Of a stretch of DNA of 64,000 bases, positions 12,501 through 24,517 are shown one piece after another. Source of the DNA: Ascidiella aspersa (Eukaryota); NCBI GenBank assembly GCA_963924565.1, contig OZ004609.1, positions 6,634,001 through 6,698,000 on the forward strand, given 5' to 3'. Position 1 is the first letter of the stretch; each line of letters begins with the position of its first letter. The notes under the pieces were generated by a model. That model searched no databases. It had not been told where the DNA came from and was given only the letters and a program-made list of their open reading frames with translations. The position numbers were made by a program, and so were the translations under genes.

Positions 12501-13810
12501 GGAAAACTAAAAGACAGCAATATTCTATATAGCCTTTCTGAATTTATCATTAGACGCTTCTTTATTTGCTCCTGTGTCTCTGACGATAGAATGTATTTTG
12601 TGGGTTTGCCAACGAATTGTATAAGCTCTGTTCATGTGTCGCAGGTCAGAATAGGTTGTGGAGAACAATTTAGATTATGTGGTCAGAAAATCGAATATGA
12701 CTTAAACAGGCGGTATTTAGCAGACTATTTGTTAAACAGCTATTGTAAGTACGGTACATCAAATTCAAGTCGTGTAGCAACATTCATTGTTCAAATGATT
12801 ATCTTTTGTTAATTGCTTGATAAATCGTGTTCATAAAAAAGTTGTGTTAACATATTTGCTTCTAAGCATTTTTCTTTGTAACGTGTAGCATAATGTCTGT
12901 TTTTTAAGGTTGCATTGAAAACGTTTTTATCAGCTAAAAAAAAATTAGCTTAATAATATTTTGAAACTTTTAAAAAGATTGCTAAATAACTGACTGTAGT
13001 ACCAACTGCAGTTATTTCGTTCCCTAATGCTTCGAACTTTTATACATGTACACTTGTACAGTATTTACTAAAAAATTTCTTATGTTCAAGATTTTTTCTA
13101 ATATTATATTTTGAATTGGTACTTTAAACCGTAAACAATGAGTAAACGAAATCGTTCAAAGACAGCCAATGAGACCAAAGACGTGAAAAGACGAAATACA
13201 GAGAAAAATGCTGCCGAGGATGAATTTGCTTTTCTACATGTGGAACAGGAACCAATTCCTGAAATTTACACCCACCGACCAACGCAACCCAAGGAAAAGA
13301 AACGTGGCCAACTGACCCCAGAACAACTGGACCATTATTTCGATAAGGTTTCATATTATGTTGTTTTAATGCTGTTTGTGAATTAAATTTGTATCTTACT
13401 TTTGTCTGGTCTTAGATGACAGATCAGTTCGGTGAGTGAGATGCTGTTGACTGTATTTCTTAAAACTGAGAAAAACTCGTTGAGTAAATTTGTTTCATGC
13501 ATTAATAAACATTAATTTTATTTTTACAATTTAAGAATACGTGTTTTTTTAAGTGTCCAATATGTCATGCTGGGCTGCGGAGTCGGTTAAAAATAACCCA
13601 AGTCCGACTCCGGTAAAATGTGCGGTTTCGTCGAGTCCCGAGTCCGGCTGCGACTCTACAGCCTTTATTTCATTAATTTACTTAACTAAAATATTGGATA
13701 TTCAGCAAATTCAATTAAAGGTGTGTCGTACAAATCATTCACTTACAATACTTGGTAGAAAATGTTCCACCATATGCTATTCCACCCTTACAGTTTCCAG
13801 TTGGCCGCCA
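9502..13810 (+). repeat. Tandem duplication (~2 kb unit) of the upstream region and first coding exon of the PhyH-family gene
   Basis: aattgatttcgctcttaaaattcgcgcctatagagaaatc occurs at ~9502 and ~11477; the copies stay colinear through exon 1 (10959 and 13138) and into intron 1. Confidence 0.92.
10959..11169 (+). pseudogene. Duplicated PhyH-family exon 1 with premature stop
   Basis: ATG AGT AAA CGA AAT CGT TAA at 10959-10979 (TCA in the intact copy); the rest matches 13138-13347, with an altered A-run near 11116. Confidence 0.85.
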
Positions 13811-16800
13811 TATCAGTTTCAAAATTTGGCATGCGTATGTCGGACTCGAGACTCGGGTAGCTTTACGTGGTCTTGTTCGAGTCCCGAGTCCGACTCCGCA
13901 GCCCTAATGTCATGTTGATTTAAAGAGCCCTAAAAATATAAGCCATTTTAAGAATTTGTTGTTTGGTATTATTGCACAAATAATTTTCGAACTTTTTTTG
14001 CATTTTCTAAAGTTTGGAACAAGGTTGTTCTATGCAACACCTCACCTGAGTACAAGTTTGGTAAACAATAAAAATCTCATCTAGAGATCCCAGTTTTTAA
14101 ATCCACATCACAATATGCTGTTTGAGAACAAGCAAAAAAAAGCTACTACATCGAAGACTCTTTCCATTAAAATGCTCTCCAGCTTCAGATTCCAAGTTCT
14201 CTAACAGGTTTAAAGCGGATCAGAAAGAGTGATTTAACTTGCAAAGCTTTCCGTACAGATCAATGATCATGAGTTCGAACTTCACTACAGGCCAGTTGTT
14301 GTTCTGGCCTGCTTTGCTTGCATCATTGATCGACTGATTTAGTTATTCTGTCAAAGCCAAGAAACTCCATTTGCCCATGGCTAGTCATTTATTCTTACCA
14401 TCATGTATTTTTTTCTGTTCAGGGTTACGTTTTGGTCAAGGACTTTTTCGACCCTCATCGACTGGACATCGTCCGAGAAGCCACCAACAAACTAGTTGAT
14501 AATCTTGCCAACCTTCTTTATAAAGGAGGAAAAATTAAAAGTATGCAATATTTATATCGATATTTATGGTATTTTTTCCTTTCTGTGAAATTTAATAAAA
14601 CAGTAAATCCAGTCCTCAGACTGGTACCGGTACTAGTCCACACAAATAGCCTTTGGAAATTTCTGGTTTATGTACTTCATTGGTTTACCATATTTTTCTT
14701 TTCCGGTAAAATCCCTGTCACTCAAAAACTGAAATTTAACTAAACAAAATCAAACATGAATATAAAAACTTCAATGAAAAATGTGAAACCCATTATGCGT
14801 TTAGGCATGAACCGGTAAAACGGTATTCAAATTATTAAATTATCTCAAGTTTCTTAAAAAAACATCAACAATTTAGCAGTTAACATTTTTAATAATCCAC
14901 TTTCCATTATTATAAATACCTATGAAAAGCCTATAAAAACACCTATCACATCTCACACATATTAAAAAAGGGTTTTCATATTGTAATAAAGTTCGTGAGA
15001 ACGGCGTCGCGTTGAGCAAAAAAAAATCAGTAGCTGTTAAAAATTTTTGTTGGCGTTACATACGAAATGTTTAGGTTTTGTAATATTGTACACAATTTTT
15101 AAAATCTTTCATCCTCGATGTAGTGTAAGGTTTTGTTGTTGAAAACGTACTAAGCCTCTGTTAAAGAAGTATGGCATTTAAAATTGAGAATATTGGTAGA
15201 AAACCAGAAATTATAAGTGTGTTTCTACACAGATAAGCATGAAGACAAAGGCTTCAACTCACGTCTCATTCACTTGGAGAAAGAGTTCAAAGGTGCCTCG
15301 GTGATCTTGCACAAACTGGGAATTTTGCCTCAAGAGTATCGTGACCTATGGTCCGACGATAAGCTGCTAAATGTAGCGGAGCAAATCATCGGACCGAATA
15401 TTGCTGGACACCCAGTGTGGAACTTGAGAACCAAGGTGATCAATCATAAAAATAAAATTAATTTGCACTAAACAAAAACTGTTTATTTAAGGTGTATAGA
15501 CCTTTTGGGAAACAAAACAGATTTATAGTGTGAATTAACTACTGGGGAGCACGGTGTTTTTTTAATTTCCCACTTAAGCAATCAGCAACTGGCAATTTCC
15601 CTTTTTGGTATTTGCATGTCCATGATGACATTTATGAGCATAGCCTTCAAACGTAACAGATTATTTTCTGAAAATAAGTTGTTTTAGCATTTATTTATTT
15701 ATTTGCCGACGTTTCGGTCGGCCTATCCAGGAGGCCTTCATCATGAATTCATTAAACTATGCCTGGTAGCAGCTGCATATTTATTAACTGAGTATTCTTT
15801 TTCTATATTCATTGCAGACGCCCAACAATGAACAAGCAACTGTTCCCTGGCACCAAGGTAAATTTTGTTTGGCTATAAGGGGGATGACCATTTTGTCAGA
15901 GATGACATCACCACAAGGCTATGTCATAACGTGACGTCACATAGTTAAGGGTCATGGCTTTTGGGTCTGGGGAGCATAGCCAGGTGGCTAAGATATTCTA
16001 TAGACATATCTAAAAGAAATTTAAATTTGCTTAGTTAAAATAGGGCCTAAATATGTTCAAATCAATTGATTGAAACCGCTCCTTAAAAAAGCATCGTTTT
16101 ATCGCACAACGATTGCTCTTAAATTGCATATACGCAAATGGCTAGTTTAGATAAGATCTTAGGCTATCCCTGTGGTTATATTTATGGTGCTTGCTTTAAA
16201 TGTGTCCTCATTCTGTTGGACGTTACTGCCATGAAGAATTTGCCCATCTTTGAATCGCAAATAAAATATATAAAGAAAACAAGTAATTATTTTATTTTTA
16301 TTATTTTTGGTGATTTTTGTTGTGTTTTGTGGGAGAGCTATTTTTACAACTAACTTATACTAACTTAGTTTTTTACAACTTTCATATTTCTCGCCGATTT
16401 TTTGTTGAGCTTTTTGTGTTTTATGCAAGCCGTTTTATTCATAAAAATTATTAACTTACTTTGATAGTAATTGTTAGTAAATCGATCAGCTTGTTACTAG
16501 ATGTGCCTTAAAATAGAAGTGTCAACCAATGATTTATTTTTATGTAGGCTATACTCTGTATAACATTTAGACAACAACATAATTTATTTAACAACTTTTA
16601 TTACAAGATACCCGGCATTTTAGTAAAATATGACTGATTCACATTCTTTTAAACATAAAAATAATTTTAAAAACCTCATCATGTTTTTAAACCTACAATA
16701 TCATTTCAATTCCTCAGTATTACATTTTATTCAATTTTTGTTGATTGCGTTGACTATAGGATTCATACTGTTTAAATTCGGCTTAAATAAAAAAAAAAGT

Positions 16801-19800
16801 AGAGTGATCCAATTATAGATTTTCAAACCATACAAATTTGCCTTGAAAAGTCTTTTGGTATCTTTGGATTGATCAGAAATATAAATGGCAACCCTGTATT
16901 AGAAAATCTTGTTAGTAATAGAAAATTCTGTTGACCAACTATAGTTTGGGAGCCACAGTAATACTATTGGACATCTCTAGAACCAACCAACAAACCGAAA
17001 CAATCCTAAAATTTATATGGGGCAATTATAACATTGCAGACAATGCATACTTGGCGCCGTGCAGTCTCAATGTACACCAGTTGGGAGCCTGGATACCTTT
17101 GGTGGACGCAAACTCGGTCAATGGTTGTATGCAGGTTTAATCGTTGATGTTTGTACAATTATAAGACTGATATTATTTAGATTTACCAGTCGTAATCCAA
17201 GTTAATAATTTTGTAACATGTAAAGATGAATTCATTTCGCCAGAAGGTATGGTCAATCTCTATAGAAGAAATCTAACTTAATTTGCTATAGTAAGACTAC
17301 CAACATTGGTTCTATAAAGCAAGAAAGCGTCCAATTTTATAAATTTTAGGCCATATACCCATCAACTTTAAACTGTCCGCACAAGTTGTTAAATGTAATT
17401 GAAACTTAATTGGACAGTTCGCGTCCGGGGGTCACCGAAAGGGCAAGACAGCCCGGCACACTTGCTGTGCTGGGGGCACTTGGTACGTCGAGCTGGACGA
17501 AGAAACAATGGTCAAGGAACTGGACGTTGACATGGACAAGGATATTGTCACCTGCGAGGTGCCGTACGGCGGCGTGCTGTTTCTCAACAACGCCGTGCCG
17601 CATCAGAGGTAGCCTAGAAGTTCCTAAGTTGGGGCCCGTGTACCCCTTGATAATACTTTAAGGGAAGTTAAAGGGGTTATCAAGACCCAATTCACATTAT
17701 AGTGTATATTTTTAAAAATTTAATGCATTTTACGAAAGTAAATCGAAAGCCATCGCAGACTCACCCAATCTGTCGATCAATAATGCAAGCAGGGCAGAAT
17801 AGAAAAACAACTAGCTTGCAGGTTCGAACTCGCCTCCGGGTATACTGAGCCGTCGCTCTACCAACTGAGCTCGCAGGCTCAGAGAGAAGCTAGTCGAAAA
17901 ACAACCATACGCCAACGCTTGCCACATTCTGTTAGTACAAATCTGCCCTGCTTACAACATTGATCCACAGATTCGGTGAGTCTGCAATGGCTTTTCGGTG
18001 TACTAATGATACGTAGCCGTAATCGTTGGTCAACAAGCAGCTTCAGAAGGACTAGATCACCATGGTCAACACACATGTGTGTGTAGGTTTCATTTTACGA
18101 AAGGTCATAAATCAGTTAAAAACACGGTTTGCCGCTTTCTCCTCGAATGTGTTCAGACTTCATCTATTTCACAATCGTTAGCAAACAACAGTTAAAAAGT
18201 CTACTTCTTGTCGTTTCATGGCGTCATTTCGAAAATTTAATTCCGACCCTGGTCCATGCGAAGCAACATATATTCGATGGCAGATATTCCAAACTAATTG
18301 TTTAGTATGCATAAATTGAGATAAATAACCTAAGTTTATAAAAAGATATTCAGTGAAAACAACTAATGTCATCCCGAGAAAATTTGACTCAATGACTTAA
18401 GTTTAAGTCAAGTCATTAAAAAGACTTTTATAACCACTTAGGATTATGTTTACTTGGGTCAACTCAATGAGTTAAGTCAACACCACACCGACGACCAACA
18501 AAACGTATCCAAAACAAAGGCTTAAATACACAAGTGTAGGCTACCGTACCAGGTCATAAGAAGCGTTCCATTGTGAAACGGGAAACAGTTCAAAACTTTG
18601 TGCCGCAAGATATTCTGTGTGACCTTTACTTTTAATTTAATTTGATAAATAATCATTCGTATAACAAGTTATCATAGAGGCAATTAAAGAGACAACCCGT
18701 TAACCCACAAAGGGGCCCAGCGACCACCACCATTTTCACTGCCATAAAAAGCTTATTTGTTTAAATTTTTTCCAGTTGGTGTTCCTTTGAAGGATGGTGT
18801 ATTTTTGTTTCTTTATTGACGTAAAAAATAGATGTTAAAAATAGTTATATTTATTGGAACCCCAAAATCAGTCGGTTAAAGTTCATTGACTTGTAATAAG
18901 GGTATGTTATAATTGTGTTTTTTTTTTTTTGATTTACTTTAAAACAAGTTTGCCAAGATTTTTTTTTATAATTATTAAAGCGGGTCGCAGGATGGACAGT
19001 TTAGCCCTCGTGTAAAGTGAAAAATTGCATAACACACAATAGGAATAATAAAGCCCATAAGAAGTAGATAGCATTGTTAACGTTCCAAATATATCTTCAT
19101 TTATTATCAACATGGTGAGAAGGCTCTGAATATAAGTTTATGTTGCAGAAGGAAACAAGGAGAAAAAAACTCTGAATAGGTGTAGTTAGTGTACACTGTA
19201 CACTATATACAGCGAGAATAATGTCAGTCGCAACGGGCATATTTTTCGATATGGGCTTGGCAACCTAAATATTTTTTGTGATCTCACTCTCACGTAATTC
19301 CATTTGAAAACGATAACAGACGAATTACACAAAAACAGACGACTTGTATTGTTAATTGGGCCAAACTATTCGTGGCAAATCGTGCCTAATTTTACTGGAC
19401 TGTTTGTTAGTTGATTGATTTGCGATTGATAGTTAAAAGTATGAAAAATATATTTAGGCTTTGTCCTGACCTTGGCTGGTATTATCTAAACTTTATTTAA
19501 AACACAGATTTGTTTCTGATTTATTGCTGACTTTTTGTAGCTTGGAGAATCGATCTGAAATAATTCGCTGGAGCCTTGATTTGAGATGGCAGAGACCCGA
19601 CAAGCCAAACGGTTTTTACGGACTAAAGGAAAACGTCTTGATGAGAACCAGCGCCGAGAAAGATTATAAGATCGATTGGACTGGTATGGCCGGCCTAAAC
19701 CGAAGCGAGATGCAAATGGAAAAAGTGGTCAGTTGCAGTGTTGTAAAAAAGTTATTTTAAAACGACTTAAATCTCAGGCAAGTCATTTGTAAAATATTTA

Positions 19801-20914
19801 GTCTAAGTGAAGAATTGTTTTATAAACAACAAGTCAAGTCACCAGTTGCGCAAGTTAAGTCCCAGTCAAGTCATAATTAGAGCAAGTCAACTTCAAGTCA
19901 CGTCCTTGTCATAAAAATAAAACGTTAAACTATTAGAATTTTCAAACTAGTACAATTATCAACAATAACTGAACTCAAAAATAAGGAAAACGCAACATAT
20001 AGCAAGAAATTTGTTTTTTGTTTAAACTTTTGAATAAATAACTCAATTTTATAAAAAAAAATATACTTTAAGAATATACTTCATTTCAACCCAAAGTCAT
20101 TTATCCAAATGACTTAAGTCAAGTCAAGTCAAGTCATTTTATCCAAATAATGTAATTCAAGTCATTTGAAAACAGTGACTTAAGTCAAGACAAGTCATTG
20201 ACTTAAGTCATTACAACACTGGTCAGTTATCACCTACTTTCAATTTTTTTGAACTATTCTAACCTTCCTTTGGTTTTTACGATATACGAGTCGAAAACAA
20301 TGTAGGCTAATGATATAACAAGGGGGACTAAACAACCATATTTTAAGGGCGCAGATAAATGGCGTAAATTTATCTTTAACTCGAGTGGTTTGAAAAAACA
20401 AAAATCCCAAGTAAAGTGGCTTCGTCCTAAATTGTACCCGGAATTAAGTCTTACAAATTATTGACGCCTACTTTTATTGAATACCTGTTTTGTTGTCGAA
20501 TCGTTGAACTTCGGAAATCGGTATTTTCTTCTTCAAAAATGTGTGCCAAAGGGCGTTAAAACACTGTGACTCAATCTCTTGATTTTCAAATTTTGCTTCT
20601 ATTTTTTTGACATATAGGGTTTTTTTATAAAAAAAAAAAAAAAATCACAAGTGGGTATCAAAACGTTTTTCAAGACGATGTTGATATGCTCACCCAATTT
20701 GCCTTTAACATTCATTTTTAAACTAATAGTTTTTTAAAATGTATGATTTAGTAAAAAAAAAAAGATTCGCATTTTTTGCTAGGGAGAAGACTACGATATG
20801 CTTACGCCTGAAATCGGCGGACCGTGGATGAAACGGTGGCAGATTGTTCACCATAACCGACACACAGAGTCGTTTTTCCGGGGTACCGACAAACTTTCCT
20901 GGCATAAATCATAA
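13138..20914 (+). CDS. Phytanoyl-CoA dioxygenase (PhyH)-family Fe(II)/2-oxoglutarate dioxygenase, PHYHD1-like, 391 aa
   Basis: Eight GT-AG exons: 13138-13347, 14423-14540, 15233-15435, 15818-15857, 17040-17134, 17418-17608, 19541-19727, 20783-20914 (1176 nt, open). Motifs LTPEQLDHYFDKGYVLVKDFF, PWHQD (HxD), WIPLVDANSVNGCM, distal His in VPHQS, 2OG-binding R in IRWSLDLR. Confidence 0.92.
13570..13906. mobile_element. MITE with GGGCTGCGGAGTCGG TIRs
   Basis: TIRs ctgggctgcggagtcgg / ccgactccgcagcccta; perfect 8-bp TSD atgtcatg; a decayed relative lies at ~46833-47165. Confidence 0.85.
17726..18103. mobile_element. tRNA-containing non-autonomous retroelement with internal inversion (copy 1)
   Basis: TSD cattttacgaaag (17726-17738 / 18091-18103); tRNA-like core on the minus strand at ~17812-17878; ~60-bp inverted repeat; homologous to 28529-29000. 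Confidence 0.8.
19736..20221. mobile_element. hAT-like MITE (CAGTGTTGTAA TIR, aagtc/gactt-rich family)
   Basis: cagtgttgtaa...ttacaacactg; TSD gtcagttg/gtcagtta; absent from the paralogous sites at ~26372 and ~48283. Confidence 0.85.
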
Positions 20915-21055
20915 AGACGCGAAAGCCTGAAACGTTTATATTCGACGATCGCTTGAAACGAAAGGTCGCCCTATACAGTAATTATATGCAAGCTTTTTCT
21001 CTGTAGCAATTTAGCATGAAACAAAATCGACTCTATCAAGTATGTGATTTGTATT

Positions 21056-21417
21056 CAGTGCTGTAAACACGTCAAGTCTAAGTCTTTTTGATTGAATGCA
21101 AGTCAAGTCCCACTCAAGTCATAATTAGAACAAGTCAATTTCAAGTCCATAAAAATACATGTTTCTATCCGGTTATGAGCAATACCCAACTAAAACATAC
21201 GAAATGCTAATATATTGCAAGCAAATTGTTCCGTGTGCAAAGTTAAAACCAATTTTTATATAAAAAAAGGCTTAAATAAAACACTTTATTTCAACGAAGT
21301 CATTTTTCTAATAAACTTAAGTCAATTCAATAAATTCTGCTGAAAATATTTAAGCCTGGTAAAATCATTTTAAAAACGTATACTTAAGTGCACTTAATTC
21401 AAGTCATTGCAACACTG
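21056..21417. mobile_element. aagtc-rich MITE, same family
   Basis: cagtgctgtaa...ttgcaacactg; partial TSD (tttgtatt/tcagtatt). Further relatives at ~3830-3965, 27310-27430, 55720-56140, 61440-61830, 62320-62731. Confidence 0.7.
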
Positions 21418-21791
21418 TCAGTATTTGTAAGATTTTCGGTGCTTATTTGCCATTCTAGGCCTCTATTGCTTGCTGTTTTTATGCTTATAAATTTTCTTTT
21501 AATAGTTTATAGTTTTGCTTTTTAACTATGATACCCAAAGTTTAATTTACTTTGTACAACTGAAGTTCCCTTAACTGTCAAACTTTAATGCGTTGATTTT
21601 ATAGACTGCTGTATTTTTGAGCTGCAATGTTTATTATATTGCCTAATTTGCTGCTTGTGTATCAGTGCCATTTAATGCGTTGCAGATCAGGTATTTATTG
21701 TGTTGAGTAAATTAAAAGTCTATTGGAAATATTGTGGAAATTGGTTTAACCAAACGAGAAGTCGTGTGATCAATGAAAAATGGGTCAAGAC

Positions 21792-22177
21792 CAGTGGCGT
21801 AGCCAGCCGAAAATTTTGGGGGGGCCAAAAAGTTGGAATGTTTTATTTAGCTCTTAGCATTGTATCAACTGCCGTAACGAACACAATGCTAGCAAACCGT
21901 TCCGAGCAGCAACTGACTGAGTGTTAACGCAATACTCAAAAAACAGTCAATGAACAAAAACTGTCTGAAAGTAGTAAAAGTACATTAATGTATAGTAAAT
22001 ATTATATTATCTACTTCGTTTGTGACGTAACAATGCATGACAATTGAAGGTGTGGCATGCCTGTGATCAAATGTTGTGGTACTGCTCATAAATGCTACAA
22101 AACAAATTAATAAGAATAAAATATTTATAAATTTTGGGGGGGCCATGGCCCCTCAGGCCCCCCTTGTTACGCCTATG
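21792..22177. mobile_element. MITE with CAGTGGCGTAGC-type TIRs
   Basis: cagtggcgtagc...gttacgcctatg; perfect 8-bp TSD gtcaagac. Confidence 0.85.
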
Positions 22178-24148
22178 GTCAAGACACGATATTTTATTAA
22201 TTGTAAAAAATGAAGAAATAGAGTGCGGTATTTTTACTCTTTACCTAGAAAGAGCTCACACGATCAAACCAACATTAACACCACTTTGTATGCTGAATAC
22301 TGGCAGTCCTGTGGCCGCACCATCCCTATTTTGAAGTACAATGTCCTAAAAATATTGTTGTTCTTATTTCTAAGAAATGTACTTCTCTTTGACTTGAATT
22401 CCTTTTTTTAAACAATTACAAAACTTCGATCGTTTTCCTCCGAGATTTTTGAGAAAACCAATCAAAGCACAAGAATTCTTTGTATATAATAATATACAAA
22501 ACAACAAAGCGAACAGAGAGCTCTGTGATGTCATAAAATATAGTTAAAAAAATAGAAACGCACTGATTGTGTATGTTGCGTTCAAAGTGATCAATGAAAA
22601 TCAACTTAACCACAAGAAAGGAAGCAAAACACGTTATGCCAAATTACAGCAGGTAGGCTACTGTGTTTGGCCTGTATGTAAATCACTCTTTGAGAGAGGG
22701 AGGGGAAATTTATAAGAGCATAAGTTCTACAGATATGAACAATGAGATTTAGTTTAGATTTTTTTAAAACTAGATAAAAACTAAGACTAGAGCATTTCTT
22801 TTTTGAAAAATAGATACGAATCAGATCATTTTAGTTTTCACAAATTAGATTAGAACTAGAATTACTAAATTATTAAAAACCGAAATGCAAAGTCAAAATT
22901 GAATAAAACTTACTTTTAAATATTTACAATCAATTTAGTTTACATCGAGATTAATCTCATAAGAGCTAGAGTCTGGCACGTGCATTAGCAAGTTCGAAAC
23001 TGGCAGGCCTATGGCCGGACATTGCAAATCTTAAAGGCGTAATAGCAGTACCGGTAGCGTAATAAAAATAGTTTAATATTTTCCGACGAGTCATGTGGAA
23101 TGCTGTGCAACCACACTATTTTGTTTTGTGTGTAGCCTATTCAATATCACGGGTTGTATCGGTAGTTGTCCTATCCGATAAACTGTGCCAAAGTTGTTAA
23201 CACGGAAGCAAATTATATTCAAATAAAAAAAATATTCTTGAATGTTCCAATTTCGTCTATTTTGCTCTTTTGAGCATATTTGTTACAGCGAGAAACGTAA
23301 TTTAATTTCTATGTTGTTGGCGTAACAATGTCACTGTTTTCCTTTCTAGTTTCTCAAATGTTGCGAGCAAAAGCACATGGCGCAGGTTCTTAACTTTCAG
23401 TTCCTAACTGTAAATTGGGTACACCGGTATTAGTCAGTTGTATTGATTAGTCATATTAATCTTAAGCTTAGAATTAGTAGGAAGTTATAAATTTTACGTT
23501 TATTGTATGTTTAGTATTTGATTATAAACTTTACACTGAAACTGAATATTAACTGTGCATGTTTTTATCCAAGCTAATGTGTATTTAGCATTAAATGAGG
23601 CAGAAAAACTACGACCCGCCAACCTCTTTAACAAACTGGGCACGAGGCCAGTCCTCAAACATTTTTGCTCGTTCAACTCCGTAAACAAAAAGGCCCACCC
23701 TTCCTAGTAACATTAGCAAACTGTTTTGTTTGTTGTACTTACACAACCTGCCTTCTGTAATACCAAACTTAAAGCGAGTTTCAAAGAAAATTAAAGACAA
23801 TAGAGCAGTTGTAAGCAAAGTCCCTTTGATTGTAACAGGAACAACTAGGTTTCATTGTTCTGTCACAGTAAACAAAGTGCTAGTTTTGCTGTACTGCACA
23901 CGTAGGCTGATTCACTTTTTAATTGTACTGGTACGGGTAATTAAGTTCAAGCTATATTTTGAGCTAACATTATTGGTATAGTTGATTTTTCTGTGATAAA
24001 ATGAGAATAAACCTAATTGTGTTTTGAGCTTGATTTGTACCAAACGCACTAAAACCAAGCATCACCCGAGACTTGTAACAAACCCCATATTTCATCACTG
24101 CAGTCGTACGCGAAATGGGTCTCAAAGTAGCCTAATAGTGCTGAAAAC

Positions 24149-24517
24149 CAGGGTACCAGATGGCAAAAATAAAAAAGCTAAACTTACCTAAAAAAAGCCA
24201 AATCTAATACAAACTCTAAGAAAGCCTATTTTATGTTTTACCTTAAATTAATAAAAAATGCAATAAATAGTCAGTTGTACATTGAATTTCTCTTTTTGTG
24301 GCAATTCGTATCAATTTTTTGTAGATTTTTTTTAGTAGATTTTTTTCTTTTTTTGTGTTAGTTTGATCTCTTCTTAACATAACAGTTTTGAAATTTTTGA
24401 ATAAAACCAAAAAAGCCAAATTTTATTTGGATTTTTTTAAAAGAATAACATTCAAAGAGGTTTTTAAAAAGCCTAAATTTTTAAATTTGGCTTTAAAATA
24501 TCCTAACTGGCAAAGCT
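24149..24517. mobile_element. Decayed hAT-like MITE (CAGGGTTGCCA-type)
   Basis: cagggtaccag...ctggcaaagctg; imperfect TSD ctgaaaac/ctaaaaag. Confidence 0.5.

Noticed and set aside
10945-13354. Repeated minus-strand ORFs (..FPWVALVGGCKFQELVPV..), also 31020-31280 on the plus strand
   Set aside because: Antisense shadows of PhyH exon 1 copies.
23500-23981. Overlapping short ORFs between the convergent PhyH copies
   Set aside because: No domain motifs or consistent splice signals; likely chance ORFs.
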